Origin: a bacterium BMS3Abin03
GTDB taxonomy: Bacteria; Bacteroidota; Ignavibacteria; Ignavibacteriales; Ignavibacteriaceae
Assembly (NCBI GenBank): GCA_002898075.1
Contig: BDSV01000161.1
Location: 8,168 to 72,167 of the forward strand
DNA: 64,000 nt
Direction of reading: 5' to 3'
The translations under genes were made by a program, and so were the position numbers. Shown piece by piece: positions 53,094 to 62,439 of the stretch. The notes below the pieces were generated by a model. It ran no database searches, had not been told where the DNA came from, and worked only from the letters and a program-made list of their open reading frames with translations. Each line of letters starts with the position of its first letter. Within the stretch, counting starts at the first letter, position 1.

Positions 53094-53751
53094 TTCGATT
53101 AGCGTATCTAATTTAATTGCAGGCGATACGCCGGTTGCTGCAAAAAACCATGAAGAATTTGTTAACCGGGAAAATAACGGCGTTAATATCCGGGAATTGA
53201 TAAAAAGACAGGTTCAGGCATCTGAACAGAAACAGTTGAATCGATACCTGGAAACTTCGCTTCACGATATTATTAGAATTGAAAGTGAAGATAATAATAT
53301 TACAAAGCTGTCATCGGTAAAAAAATCGACTCTTATTCAGGGATACGATTTGGGATTATTAATTTTTATCGGTGCTGTAATCTCAGCGATTCTTATAATT
53401 TTGGCTCGCCGTTTTGGATATAGAAAAATAGAAACTGAAGATGATTTGCAATTGTTGAAGAGAAGAATTTCCATGATTAGAAATGAAGAACCTCTATTCT
53501 CCGACGACAAGGAATTAAAAAAAGTACGAAAAAACCTTTATAAAGAATCATTAATAGAATATGATGAGGTAGAAAACCGTAACGGTAAGTACCGAAGAAA
53601 TAAAAATCCGGTACAATCTGCCGGACTAAAACAAAATCCATTAAACAAGCTAAGCGATAATATTTCCACAAGGGCAAAAGAGCTTAACATTTCTATAGGT
53701 GAGTTGATGTTGGTTCTAAAAATTAAATCATACAAAATGAATGAGATATGA
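53047..53751 (+). CDS. hypothetical secreted/membrane protein (234 aa)
   Basis: N-terminal signal-like segment (AAIIFLLINSISVSNLIAG), an internal TM (GLLIFIGAVISAILIILA) and a basic C-terminal part. Overlaps the previous ORF by 47 nt. No family recognised. Confidence 0.45.
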   Translation: MKELIKKAAIIFLLINSISVSNLIAGDTPVAAKNHEEFVNRENNGVNIRELIKRQVQASEQKQLNRYLETSLHDIIRIESEDNNITKLSSVKKSTLIQGYDLGLLIFIGAVISAILIILARRFGYRKIETEDDLQLLKRRISMIRNEEPLFSDDKELKKVRKNLYKESLIEYDEVENRNGKYRRNKNPVQSAGLKQNPLNKLSDNISTRAKELNISIGELMLVLKIKSYKMNEI

Positions 53752-53905
53752 TAAATTCAGTTGATATTAAAAAACATACCTTTTTCTATCAAGCATCGGC
53801 AAATTTTCCGGTCAGGCAGGAAGTCCCGCTTTTACACGATCGGACAGCAGAAGATTTATTGATGATTTTCTTTAGAGCTGATCTAAAAACACAAAGGAGG
53901 ATTAT

Positions 53906-54613
53906 ATGATTAAAGGAATTTATTATGCTGCCCGGAGCTTGAACAACGGCTTTAGAAAAATGAGCAATATTGCAAATAATCTTGCTAACATAAATACAAC
54001 CGGCTATAAAAGAGAAATACCATTTTCCGAGGTAATGTTTAGCGAAGGAAAATCGCAGATGACACAGTTTACAGACTTTAAGCAAGGAGGTTTTGTGCAG
54101 ACTTCCAGTCCCCTCGATATGGCAATTTCGGGAACGGGATTTTTTGTCGTTCAAACTTCCAGGGGAGCTGCGTTAACACGGAACGGCAACTTCAATGTAT
54201 CGGATGACGGATTTATTGTAAATGATAACGGTGACAAATTAGTCGGTCTTAAAGGACCGATTAATTTAAACGATTTTCTCTTCGAGGAAAATAAAGAACT
54301 AAAGGTATTACGAAACGGAGAAATTTATTTGGGAAAACAGTTGGTTGACAACTTGTTGATTATGCAGGCAGATGATCCTTCATCGTTACAAAGAGACAGC
54401 AACCTGAATTTTCTATCGCCCTCCGGTGATTTCCTTCCCGTGGATGAAAATGATTTCCAGGTGATGCAAGGATATTTGGAAGAATCAAATGTAAACCCCA
54501 TCGTCGAGATGGAAACAATGATTAAAACAAGTACGGATTATCAATCATCGTTCAAAATTATAAATTTTCTGGATAAGTCATTAGAAAAAGCAAATGAAAT
54601 TGGAAAAGTATAA
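53906..54613 (+). CDS. flgF: flagellar proximal rod protein FlgF
   Basis: 235 aa. N-terminus SNIANNLANINTTGYKRE, C-terminus GYLEESNVNPIVEMETMIKTSTDYQS. Shine-Dalgarno AAGGAGG. Confidence 0.88.
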   Translation: MIKGIYYAARSLNNGFRKMSNIANNLANINTTGYKREIPFSEVMFSEGKSQMTQFTDFKQGGFVQTSSPLDMAISGTGFFVVQTSRGAALTRNGNFNVSDDGFIVNDNGDKLVGLKGPINLNDFLFEENKELKVLRNGEIYLGKQLVDNLLIMQADDPSSLQRDSNLNFLSPSGDFLPVDENDFQVMQGYLEESNVNPIVEMETMIKTSTDYQSSFKIINFLDKSLEKANEIGKV

Positions 54614-54629
54614 TTAAAGGAGTATAACC

Positions 54630-55430
54630 ATGCCAAACAGAGCATTAAGAACCGCTGCATCGGGAATGTATGCACAGCAGTTGAACATAGAGGTAATTGC
54701 AAACAACATAGCCAACGTTAATACGAATGGCTACAAAAAAAATAAACCCGAATTTCAGGATTTGATGTACCAGCAGGTTTCCGCAAACCCGTTATCAACA
54801 ACTGAACCGGGAATAATCGATGTTTCGAATAAGAACATCCAGGTTGGAATTGGCGTTAAACCTTCTTCGAATATAAAACTATTCCAGCAGGGAGATCTTC
54901 TTGAAACAAATAACCAGTTCGATTTATCAATTCAGGGTGAGGGCTTTTTCCAGTTAAGAAAAGGTGATGGAACTATAATGTATACGAGGGACGGCTCATT
55001 TAAATTAAATGGTAACGGGCAATTAGTATCTGCGGGTGGTTACCTTGTAGAACCCGATATATCATTAAATGAAGATACACTTGGGTTTACAGTCAGCAGA
55101 AGCGGTTCGATTGAAAGCCAGGAAACTGACGGTGATAGTTTTGTTGTAGGTGATATCGAACTTGCAAGGTTTATTAACCCGGCAGGATTGAAAGCAATAG
55201 GTGATAATTTATTTGTGGAAACCGAAGCTTCCGGACAACCTATAATCGGCACACCGGGTGAAACAGGTTTTGGCGAGGTGCATCAGGGTTACATCGAATC
55301 ATCGAACGTTGATATTGTCGAAGAGATGATCGCTATGATTACTGCACAACGGGCTTATGAAATTAATTCAAAAACTGTGAAGACAGTTGAAGAAATGATG
55401 GCAATGGCGAATAATCTTAAAAGAGGTTAA
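54630..55430 (+). CDS. flgG: flagellar distal rod protein FlgG
   Basis: 266 aa. ALRTAASGMYAQQLNIEVIANNIANVNTNGYK and GYIESSNVDIVEEMIAMITAQRAYEINSK. Confidence 0.95.
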   Translation: MPNRALRTAASGMYAQQLNIEVIANNIANVNTNGYKKNKPEFQDLMYQQVSANPLSTTEPGIIDVSNKNIQVGIGVKPSSNIKLFQQGDLLETNNQFDLSIQGEGFFQLRKGDGTIMYTRDGSFKLNGNGQLVSAGGYLVEPDISLNEDTLGFTVSRSGSIESQETDGDSFVVGDIELARFINPAGLKAIGDNLFVETEASGQPIIGTPGETGFGEVHQGYIESSNVDIVEEMIAMITAQRAYEINSKTVKTVEEMMAMANNLKRG

Positions 55431-55436
55431 CCAATA

Positions 55437-56084
55437 ATGATTGCAGTATTGATTTCCATATTGCTTTTGGTTTCTCAACCCGGTTCTGATTTAAAGAACG
55501 ATATTTCAAAATATTTGAATAATCATTTTAAAGAATACGAAAAGTTTGAATATGAAATAATAAGAATACCGTCGGGTTATTCTGCTATCGAAATATTAAA
55601 TGATAAAGAATTTAAAATTAACGGAACCATGGCTTACATTCCTGTTAAAATCCGGAGGAACAAACACATTGCGCAATCATATATTTCTATCAGACTGAAA
55701 TTATATAAAGTTGTTTTAGTAACGGTTAGAGATGTTAAAAGAAAAGGCGAACTAAGAAAAGCTGATCTTGAATTATCTTTACAGAATATTGCGGGAATAA
55801 ACGGCAGACCTATAACAACTATAGATAAGATCGGTTTATACCGCAGCAAAAAAAATCTGAAACAGGGGGAAATCATAACAGAAAATGATATTGAAAAATT
55901 ACCCGTTATAAAGGTTGGCGATAGAGTAAAGGGCAGCATTGTGCGGGGAAATGTAATAATACAAACTGATGTTGTTAGTAAACAGGAGGGCAGCGTAGGT
56001 GACATCATCAGTGTTCACACCATGGAAAACAAAATATTCAAAGCAAAAGTTGTTGATAATAATAACGTAATAATAGTCGAGTGA
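55437..56084 (+). CDS. flgA: P-ring assembly chaperone FlgA
   Basis: 215 aa. SAF-like segment (RSKKNLKQGEIITENDI) and the FlgA C-terminal motif (VKVGDRVKGSIVRGNVIIQTDVVSKQEGSVGDIISV). Confidence 0.8.
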   Translation: MIAVLISILLLVSQPGSDLKNDISKYLNNHFKEYEKFEYEIIRIPSGYSAIEILNDKEFKINGTMAYIPVKIRRNKHIAQSYISIRLKLYKVVLVTVRDVKRKGELRKADLELSLQNIAGINGRPITTIDKIGLYRSKKNLKQGEIITENDIEKLPVIKVGDRVKGSIVRGNVIIQTDVVSKQEGSVGDIISVHTMENKIFKAKVVDNNNVIIVE

Positions 56085-56087
56085 TTT

Positions 56088-56666
56088 ATGAAAAAGTTTA
56101 TACCAATAGCAATAATAATATTCTCGATAGCGAGTGTTATTAATGCACAGAATATGCGGCAAAACGCTTTCGCATCACTTTTCTCCGATCAGAAAGCAAG
56201 CCGGGTGGGCGATGCCATTACTATTGTAGTAGTTGAGTTTTCACAAGCTTCAAATAATGCACAAACAACTACCGGAAGGTCTAGCGATATTGCATTAAAC
56301 GGCGGTGGAGAATTCAACGGGAAACAGTTGCCGGGCGCCAATGTGTCTTTGGGGTTATCGAACGATTTTAAAGGTTCCGGTGTTACAAAAACTTCGGGAA
56401 TGATGAGGACGAAAATCAGCGCAACGATCGATTCGGTTTTAGATAACGGTAACTTAATGATAAAAGGCAGCAGAAAAATTGTAATCAACGGCGAAGAGCA
56501 AACCATCTTTATAAAAGGAATAGTAAGAACAACCGATATTGATCCGAACAATTCCGTGCTTTCGTACAACATTTCCGAAGCGGAAATAAGAATCGACGGA
56601 AGCGGAAGAATTGCCGATTCGCAAAGCCCCGGTTGGTTAACAAAATTATTCCACTGGTTATTTTAG
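56088..56666 (+). CDS. flgH: flagellar L-ring protein FlgH
   Basis: 192 aa. SLFSDQKASRVGDAITIVV and NGNLMIKGSRKIVINGEEQTIFIKGIVRTTDI are FlgH-like. It has a signal peptide but no cysteine anywhere. Confidence 0.9.
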   Translation: MKKFIPIAIIIFSIASVINAQNMRQNAFASLFSDQKASRVGDAITIVVVEFSQASNNAQTTTGRSSDIALNGGGEFNGKQLPGANVSLGLSNDFKGSGVTKTSGMMRTKISATIDSVLDNGNLMIKGSRKIVINGEEQTIFIKGIVRTTDIDPNNSVLSYNISEAEIRIDGSGRIADSQSPGWLTKLFHWLF

Positions 56667-56674
56667 GAGTTAAA

Positions 56675-57763
56675 ATGAAAAAGATAACGATGATGATCGT
56701 TCTGATTTTTTCTGCCGCTTTATTCGGACAGCGGATAAAAGATATTTCATACCTGTCCGGAGAAAATTCGCAGCAAATTATTGGTTATGGTTTGATTGTA
56801 GGGCTTGCCGGAACAGGAGATACATACCGTACTAAATTTACCGTACAGTCTGTTACAAGTATGCTGAAAAGATTTGGTATAACTGTTCCGCAAACAGATT
56901 TGAGGACACGAAATGTTGCCGCGGTAATGGTTACCGCTACGCTCAATCCTTATTTAAAGCCGGGCGCTAAATTTGATGTTAATGTTTCTTCGATGGGAGA
57001 TGCATCGAGCTTGCTGGGCGGTATTTTGTTAATGACACCTTTATCGAGTATGGGCGGACAAGTTTATGCATTTGCGCAGGGTCCAGTTTCAATTGGCGGG
57101 TATGATTTTAGAACACCGACTGGGGGTAGAGTTGCTAAAAATCATGCATTAGCCGGAAGAGTTCCGGATGGAGGCTTGCTTCAAAAACCGCTGAGTAACA
57201 ACATAATCGGTGGGCAGGGATTTAGTGTTTTGCTAAGAGAGCCGGATATGACTACCGCATTTAATATTGCAAATGCTATTAATTCTCAGTTTGGTGATAA
57301 AACCGCTATCGCTTTAGATGCTTCCGAAATTAAAGTTACTATCCCTTCAAATAAACAGCAAAATATTGTTGGATTTGTTGCAGAATTGGAATCTATTAAC
57401 GTTGAGACCGATAATACAGCCAAGGTTGTGCTTAATGAAAGAACGGGAACTATTGTAGCCGGGGAGAATGTAAAGATTAAGCCCTGTACAATTTCCTACG
57501 GCAGTTTAAACATCATTATCAGGTCTTATCCGATTATTTCCCAGCCCGGGGCTTTTTCCAACGGAACGACTGCTATATTTAATAACCTGGTTCCAACTGC
57601 AACAATCGATTCAACGCATACAATTGCAATTTCCGGCGCTTCCAATGTTCAGGAGGTAGCCGCCGCTTTAAATTCATTAAAAGTATCCCCGCAAGATATA
57701 ATTGCAATTTTTCAAGCGCTGAAAGAGGCTAATGCATTAATTGGCGAATTAGTTATTCTATAA
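56675..57763 (+). CDS. flgI: flagellar P-ring protein FlgI
   Basis: The ORF track starts at 56633. The ATG at 56675 (MKKITMM...) follows a GGAG Shine-Dalgarno and gives a proper signal peptide. Motifs RIKDISYLSGENSQQIIGYGLIVGLAGTGD and QDIIAIFQALKEANALIGELVI. Confidence 0.93.
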   Translation: MKKITMMIVLIFSAALFGQRIKDISYLSGENSQQIIGYGLIVGLAGTGDTYRTKFTVQSVTSMLKRFGITVPQTDLRTRNVAAVMVTATLNPYLKPGAKFDVNVSSMGDASSLLGGILLMTPLSSMGGQVYAFAQGPVSIGGYDFRTPTGGRVAKNHALAGRVPDGGLLQKPLSNNIIGGQGFSVLLREPDMTTAFNIANAINSQFGDKTAIALDASEIKVTIPSNKQQNIVGFVAELESINVETDNTAKVVLNERTGTIVAGENVKIKPCTISYGSLNIIIRSYPIISQPGAFSNGTTAIFNNLVPTATIDSTHTIAISGASNVQEVAAALNSLKVSPQDIIAIFQALKEANALIGELVIL

Positions 57764-58581
57764 TGAATGAGATTCAGTTAAAAATAACACATCCTGAGCA
57801 GCACTTTACAACAGAGCATGTAAATAAGCTCAAACCAAGGTATTCGCCTGAACAAAAAAGAAGATTGGCGGAAGCTACCAAGGGATTTGAAAGCCTGCTG
57901 ACTTCGATGATGTTGAAAAGTATGACCAAAACAACCGGCGGAATGTTTGGTGAAAACAGTCTGGGTGGGGATTATTTCGACACTATTTTTGAGTCTGAAT
58001 TGGCTTCATATATTTCTCACAACAAAGGAATGGGGATTTCGGATTTGTTATATAAAAAAATAACAGGTGAAGACATTAATTCGATTCCCAATATTAAAAA
58101 ATTAAATCGATTAAACCGTATTAAAAATCCAAATATAAAAACGAAAGATTTACTATTACCAACAATTAATCCTACCAACTCTTCCCTCAAACGCCTTCAA
58201 AAATATGATCATATAATTAAGGAAGCTTCAAATCTTTTCAAAATTGACAAAAACCTTATAAAATCTGTAATTCTTACAGAATCTGCAGGAAATGAAAAAG
58301 CTCTGTCAAAAGCGAGCGCAAAAGGTTTGATGCAGCTTATGGATGCAACAGCTAATCAATTGGGGGTTAATAATGTTTGGAATCCGAAGGAAAATATATT
58401 CGGAGGAACTAAATATTTAGCTGATTTGCTTCGACAATATAATGGGGATGTTAAACTTGCTTTAGCAGGATATAATGCTGGACCCGGTAATGTAGAAAAG
58501 CATAATGGAATTCCGCCATTCACTGAAACTAAAAATTATATCAGCAGGGTACTGGGATATTTGAAATATTTTAACGGTTGA
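57763..58581 (+). CDS. flgJ: FlgJ-like rod-binding domain fused to an SLT (GH23) lytic transglycosylase domain
   Basis: The N-terminal rod-binding motif is ATKGFESLLTSMMLKSM...FESELASYISHNKGMGISDLL. The C-terminal SLT motifs are TESAGNE (Glu ~58278), AKGLMQLM and AGYNAGPGNV. Confidence 0.8.
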   Translation: MNEIQLKITHPEQHFTTEHVNKLKPRYSPEQKRRLAEATKGFESLLTSMMLKSMTKTTGGMFGENSLGGDYFDTIFESELASYISHNKGMGISDLLYKKITGEDINSIPNIKKLNRLNRIKNPNIKTKDLLLPTINPTNSSLKRLQKYDHIIKEASNLFKIDKNLIKSVILTESAGNEKALSKASAKGLMQLMDATANQLGVNNVWNPKENIFGGTKYLADLLRQYNGDVKLALAGYNAGPGNVEKHNGIPPFTETKNYISRVLGYLKYFNG

Positions 58582-58584
58582 AAA

Positions 58585-59040
58585 ATGGAAAATATTAAAT
58601 TATTGGAATTACTGAAGCATCAGGATGAGAATCTTGAGGCTTTGTTAAAAACTGTTCTTCATAAACAGAAAGCTATAGTTTCTAACGATATAACGGAAAT
58701 TGAAAGTACAACTTCGGAAGAGGAGAAGTTGCTGCTTGCGGTTAACCAAGCTGAAAAATTAAGAGCTGAATTACTGAATGATTTTTATAAAAAGAATTCG
58801 GTGAAATCTAATTCATTCAAATTAGATGATTATTTATTAATAGTTGGTGAACAGTTAGATATTCAACAGCGGGCGGAAATTTTAAATTTGCAAAGAAAAA
58901 TTAAAGAAACAACTAAAGAAATTATTAAAGTCAATCAGCAAAACAAGTATATAATAATTCAAGCGAGGACATTGCTTAACGAAATTGTTTCTGCAATTTT
59001 TAGTGAGAGGAACAATTCATTATTGGATAGAAAAGTATAA
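58585..59040 (+). CDS. flgN: FlgN-like chaperone for hook-associated proteins
   Basis: 151 aa, helical. LLELLKHQDENLEALLKTVLHKQKAIVSND resembles FlgN. Position is directly before flgK-flgL. Confidence 0.6.
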   Translation: MENIKLLELLKHQDENLEALLKTVLHKQKAIVSNDITEIESTTSEEEKLLLAVNQAEKLRAELLNDFYKKNSVKSNSFKLDDYLLIVGEQLDIQQRAEILNLQRKIKETTKEIIKVNQQNKYIIIQARTLLNEIVSAIFSERNNSLLDRKV

Positions 59041-59041
59041 T

Positions 59042-60397
59042 ATGTTAAGCAGGATTTTCAACATATCGTCACGTTCGCTCGATGTTTATAGAAAAGCGCT
59101 CGATGTAACAGCGCACAATATTGCCAACGCCGGTAACAAAAACTATACGAGGCAGGTTTCTAATATCTCAACAGCAATTCCTGAGAAGATGGCTGGAATT
59201 ATCTGGGGTTCGGGCGTTACGATGGATAACATTCAAAGGGTTAGAAACGGGTTTATTGATAACCAGCTAAGGGAAAGTACACAGGACAGCTCTTTTTACG
59301 ATAAGCAGTCGATTTTATTGGGCAGAGTAGAACAAATTTTCACGGAACCGACTGAATTTGGTTTATCCGAACAAATGACATCATTCTTCAATGCTTTTGG
59401 CGAGTTAGCTGTTGCACCGAATTCTACTGCATTAAGAGAAAATGTAATTGCAAAAGCTCAAAATATTTCTACGCGTGTCGATACTATCCATAGAAATCTT
59501 GAAACAACAAAACGTGAAGTCTTCGATGAATTTAACAGCAAGATTGATACGCTGAATGGGTTGCTTTCTAAAATTGAAAAATTGAATGTTAAAATTGCCC
59601 AGCAGGTTGAAGCAGGTTCTCAGCCGAATGATTTGTTGGACAGCAGAGATGCAATGATCGATGATGTAACAAAATTAGTCGATGCACAGGTTTCTTTTGA
59701 TTCTAACAAATCGGCAAATATTTCTATTGGCGGCATACTTGCTGTTGATTTATCTCAATCGGTTGAGTTCCAAATTACTGCCTCCAACGGTAAACTAAAC
59801 CTTTCTACCCAACAGAATCATGTTTTACAGCAAATTAAAGGCGGAGACCTCGGCGCTCTTTCGGATGTTTACTCCAAAAAAATTCCCGATTATTTAGACA
59901 AGTTAGATAATATAATCGATACTTTTGTTAATTCTGTCAACGATATTCATTCTACCGGTTATACGATAGATAACCCGCCGCAAACAGGAGTTGATTTCTT
60001 TAGCGGATATTCAAATGGGGTTATTCAGATAAATAATGAAATTCTTGAAAACCCCAATAAATTAGCTGTATCGGCAGACGGAACGTCCGGGAACGGTGAT
60101 TTAGCTATACAGATTGCTAATTTAAACAATCAACCGCTCATAAATGGAAACACCCTTGTTGAAAGTTACTCGTCTTTAATTAGTAAAGTTGGAAATGATA
60201 AAGCAGCTTCGGACAACCTGTCTTCTTCCACCGAATTGGTTTTACAACAGTTACAGCAGCAGCGGGCATCTTACTCCGGTGTTTCGCTCGATGAAGAAAT
60301 GGCAAACATTATAAAATTTCAAAGATCTTACGATGCATCCGCTAAATTAATTTCGGTGGCTGATGAAATGTTACAAACTTTATTACAAATGGTTTAG
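59042..60397 (+). CDS. flgK: hook-associated protein 1 FlgK
   Basis: The ORF track starts at 58985. The ATG at 59042 (MLSRIFNISSRSLDVYRKALDVTAHNIANA...) follows the flgN stop by 1 nt. C-terminus GVSLDEEMANIIKFQRSYDASAKLISVADEML. Confidence 0.92.
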   Translation: MLSRIFNISSRSLDVYRKALDVTAHNIANAGNKNYTRQVSNISTAIPEKMAGIIWGSGVTMDNIQRVRNGFIDNQLRESTQDSSFYDKQSILLGRVEQIFTEPTEFGLSEQMTSFFNAFGELAVAPNSTALRENVIAKAQNISTRVDTIHRNLETTKREVFDEFNSKIDTLNGLLSKIEKLNVKIAQQVEAGSQPNDLLDSRDAMIDDVTKLVDAQVSFDSNKSANISIGGILAVDLSQSVEFQITASNGKLNLSTQQNHVLQQIKGGDLGALSDVYSKKIPDYLDKLDNIIDTFVNSVNDIHSTGYTIDNPPQTGVDFFSGYSNGVIQINNEILENPNKLAVSADGTSGNGDLAIQIANLNNQPLINGNTLVESYSSLISKVGNDKAASDNLSSSTELVLQQLQQQRASYSGVSLDEEMANIIKFQRSYDASAKLISVADEMLQTLLQMV

Positions 60398-60400
60398 AAA

Positions 60401-61657
60401 ATGAGAATTACAGATTTAACAATATTTAATAATTATCTTTTTAATGTTGAACGTAACAGGGAATCGTTAGCCAAAATTCAATCGCAAATTGCCAACCAGA
60501 AAAAAATACAAAAACCTTCCGATTCGCCCGACGGAACAGGTAAAGTGATTAGACTTAGTAACCAGCTCGGCACATCTGAAGGATATTCCAAAAATATTGA
60601 AGAGGGGCTTTCCTATTTAAATGTTACTACTACGGCAATGGAAACTATGCAGACCGGTACGCAGAATGTTCTAATTGCATTAGCTAATGCAAATAATCAA
60701 ACTGTTGCGGACAATTTGCAAACTTTTGCCGATCAGATTGATGCGGCGCTCGATACAATATTAAATGCAGCCAATCAAAAATTTAACAGTAAATATTTAT
60801 TTGCCGGAACAGATTATTCTACACAGCCGTTCGGATATAATGCCGACGGCAGTGCAATTGAAATTAAAGCAAGCAATATTTCGGGTGAGCAGAATATACA
60901 GATATCGAAAAATATTGTTCAAAAAATAAACATGACCGGAGCAGAAATTTTTGGAACTATTGTTAAACAATCAGGAAATCTTAACTCAAGCGCACCGGTC
61001 GGAAATGTTCAAACCAATCAAACAAGTATTTATGATGCCGATGGAAACGAATATACATTCATAGCCAATTATACAAAAACAGCAGACAACACTTATAGTT
61101 TCACTTACGATATTCAGGATAGCGGAGGCGCTTCTGTTCTTACTTCACCGCCGGCTTCGCATAATATTAAATTTAATTCTCTAACCGGGCAAATGGATAC
61201 TATCGACGGGAAACCTGCCTCAGCTTTTATAATAGAAGCACCGTCACAAAATATTCAATTTATTTTTGATCCTGCAAAAATAAAAGAAAGCGGCAATCCA
61301 ACGAGCTTGAGTTTATCAGCAAATCAAAAGGTAGATATTTTTAATACACTTTTAACTATTAAGAATAAACTTGAAAATGGTGAACTGCCGACGGACGAAG
61401 AAGTTTCGAGGGTTAATGATTTTAATCAACATATACTTAATAAGCTATCTAATGCCGGTAATACTACAAATAAACTTGAGAACACGAAAGATGTTTTAAG
61501 CAACCAGCAGTTTGTTATTACCGGGCTAATTTCCGACGAGCAGGATGTAGATATAGCAAAAGCAGTTTTAGAGTTACAGAATCAGGATTACATTTTACAA
61601 TTAAGTTATAAAATCTCTTCAATTGTTCTACCTAAATCTCTTATGGATTATTTATGA
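60401..61657 (+). CDS. flgL: hook-associated protein 3 FlgL
   Basis: 418 aa. Flagellin_N-like N-terminus (MRITDLTIFNNYLFNVERNRESLAKIQSQIANQKKIQKPSDSP) and C-terminus VDIAKAVLELQNQDYILQLSYK. Confidence 0.88.
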   Translation: MRITDLTIFNNYLFNVERNRESLAKIQSQIANQKKIQKPSDSPDGTGKVIRLSNQLGTSEGYSKNIEEGLSYLNVTTTAMETMQTGTQNVLIALANANNQTVADNLQTFADQIDAALDTILNAANQKFNSKYLFAGTDYSTQPFGYNADGSAIEIKASNISGEQNIQISKNIVQKINMTGAEIFGTIVKQSGNLNSSAPVGNVQTNQTSIYDADGNEYTFIANYTKTADNTYSFTYDIQDSGGASVLTSPPASHNIKFNSLTGQMDTIDGKPASAFIIEAPSQNIQFIFDPAKIKESGNPTSLSLSANQKVDIFNTLLTIKNKLENGELPTDEEVSRVNDFNQHILNKLSNAGNTTNKLENTKDVLSNQQFVITGLISDEQDVDIAKAVLELQNQDYILQLSYKISSIVLPKSLMDYL

Positions 61658-62439
61658 TTAGGAAAGCAGGCACTGTTTATGGATTAATACTCGGCTTAAT
61701 TTCTATTTTTGGTGCGTTTTTATTTGAAGGAGGTACTGTTAAAGCACTCTTTCTTCTCGCTCCAATAGTAGTTGTGTTCGGCGGAACATTTGCTGTTACT
61801 ATAATTGGATTTGGATTCGAAAAGTTCAAGAATGTGTGGAAGCTGGTTCGGTTAGCATATTTCCCTCACAATTATGATTTAGAAAAGCTTATAGACAGTA
61901 TAATAATGATGTCGATCAAATCAAGGCGGGAAGGTTTGCTGGCTCTTGATAAGGAATTAAAAAAAATAGAATACATGTTTCCCAAGAAACTAATTAGTTA
62001 TGCAATAGACGGAACAGATGCCGAGTCGATTGAAAACTTTGCATGGTTGGAAATGAAAGCGATGAAAGAGAGACATGATTCTAATATTTCAATATTTACA
62101 AAAATGGGCGGATATGCACCGACAATGGGAATATTGGGAACTGTAATGGCGCTAATAATTACACTCGCCAATGCAGGCAGTGAACCTAATATTCTTATTA
62201 GAAACATCTCATCGGCTTTTATAGCTACTATGTGGGGAGTTTTTAGTGCAAATTTATTTTGGTTTCCAATTGCAGATAGACTTAAAAAATGTCATCTAGA
62301 AGAAAAAAATATGATGGAGATTTCTCTGGAAGGAGTACTGGCGCTGCAGAACGGAGAGATACCTTCACTGGTAAGAGCAAGGTTAAACAGTATATTGCCT
62401 CAGAGCAATCAAAAAAACGTTTTGATCGCCGTAAGTTAG
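61654..62439 (+). CDS. motA: flagellar stator protein MotA
   Basis: 261 aa, four TM helices. Motifs GGYAPTMGILGTVMALI and SAFIATMWGVFSANLFWFPIADRL. Confidence 0.93.
   Translation: MIRKAGTVYGLILGLISIFGAFLFEGGTVKALFLLAPIVVVFGGTFAVTIIGFGFEKFKNVWKLVRLAYFPHNYDLEKLIDSIIMMSIKSRREGLLALDKELKKIEYMFPKKLISYAIDGTDAESIENFAWLEMKAMKERHDSNISIFTKMGGYAPTMGILGTVMALIITLANAGSEPNILIRNISSAFIATMWGVFSANLFWFPIADRLKKCHLEEKNMMEISLEGVLALQNGEIPSLVRARLNSILPQSNQKNVLIAVS

Noticed and set aside
53789-54154. 121-aa minus-strand ORF spanning the flgF start region.
   Set aside because: It overlaps the well-supported flgF N-terminus (SNIANNLANINTTGYKRE) and its Shine-Dalgarno. Its sequence is Cys/Lys-rich with no family resemblance.
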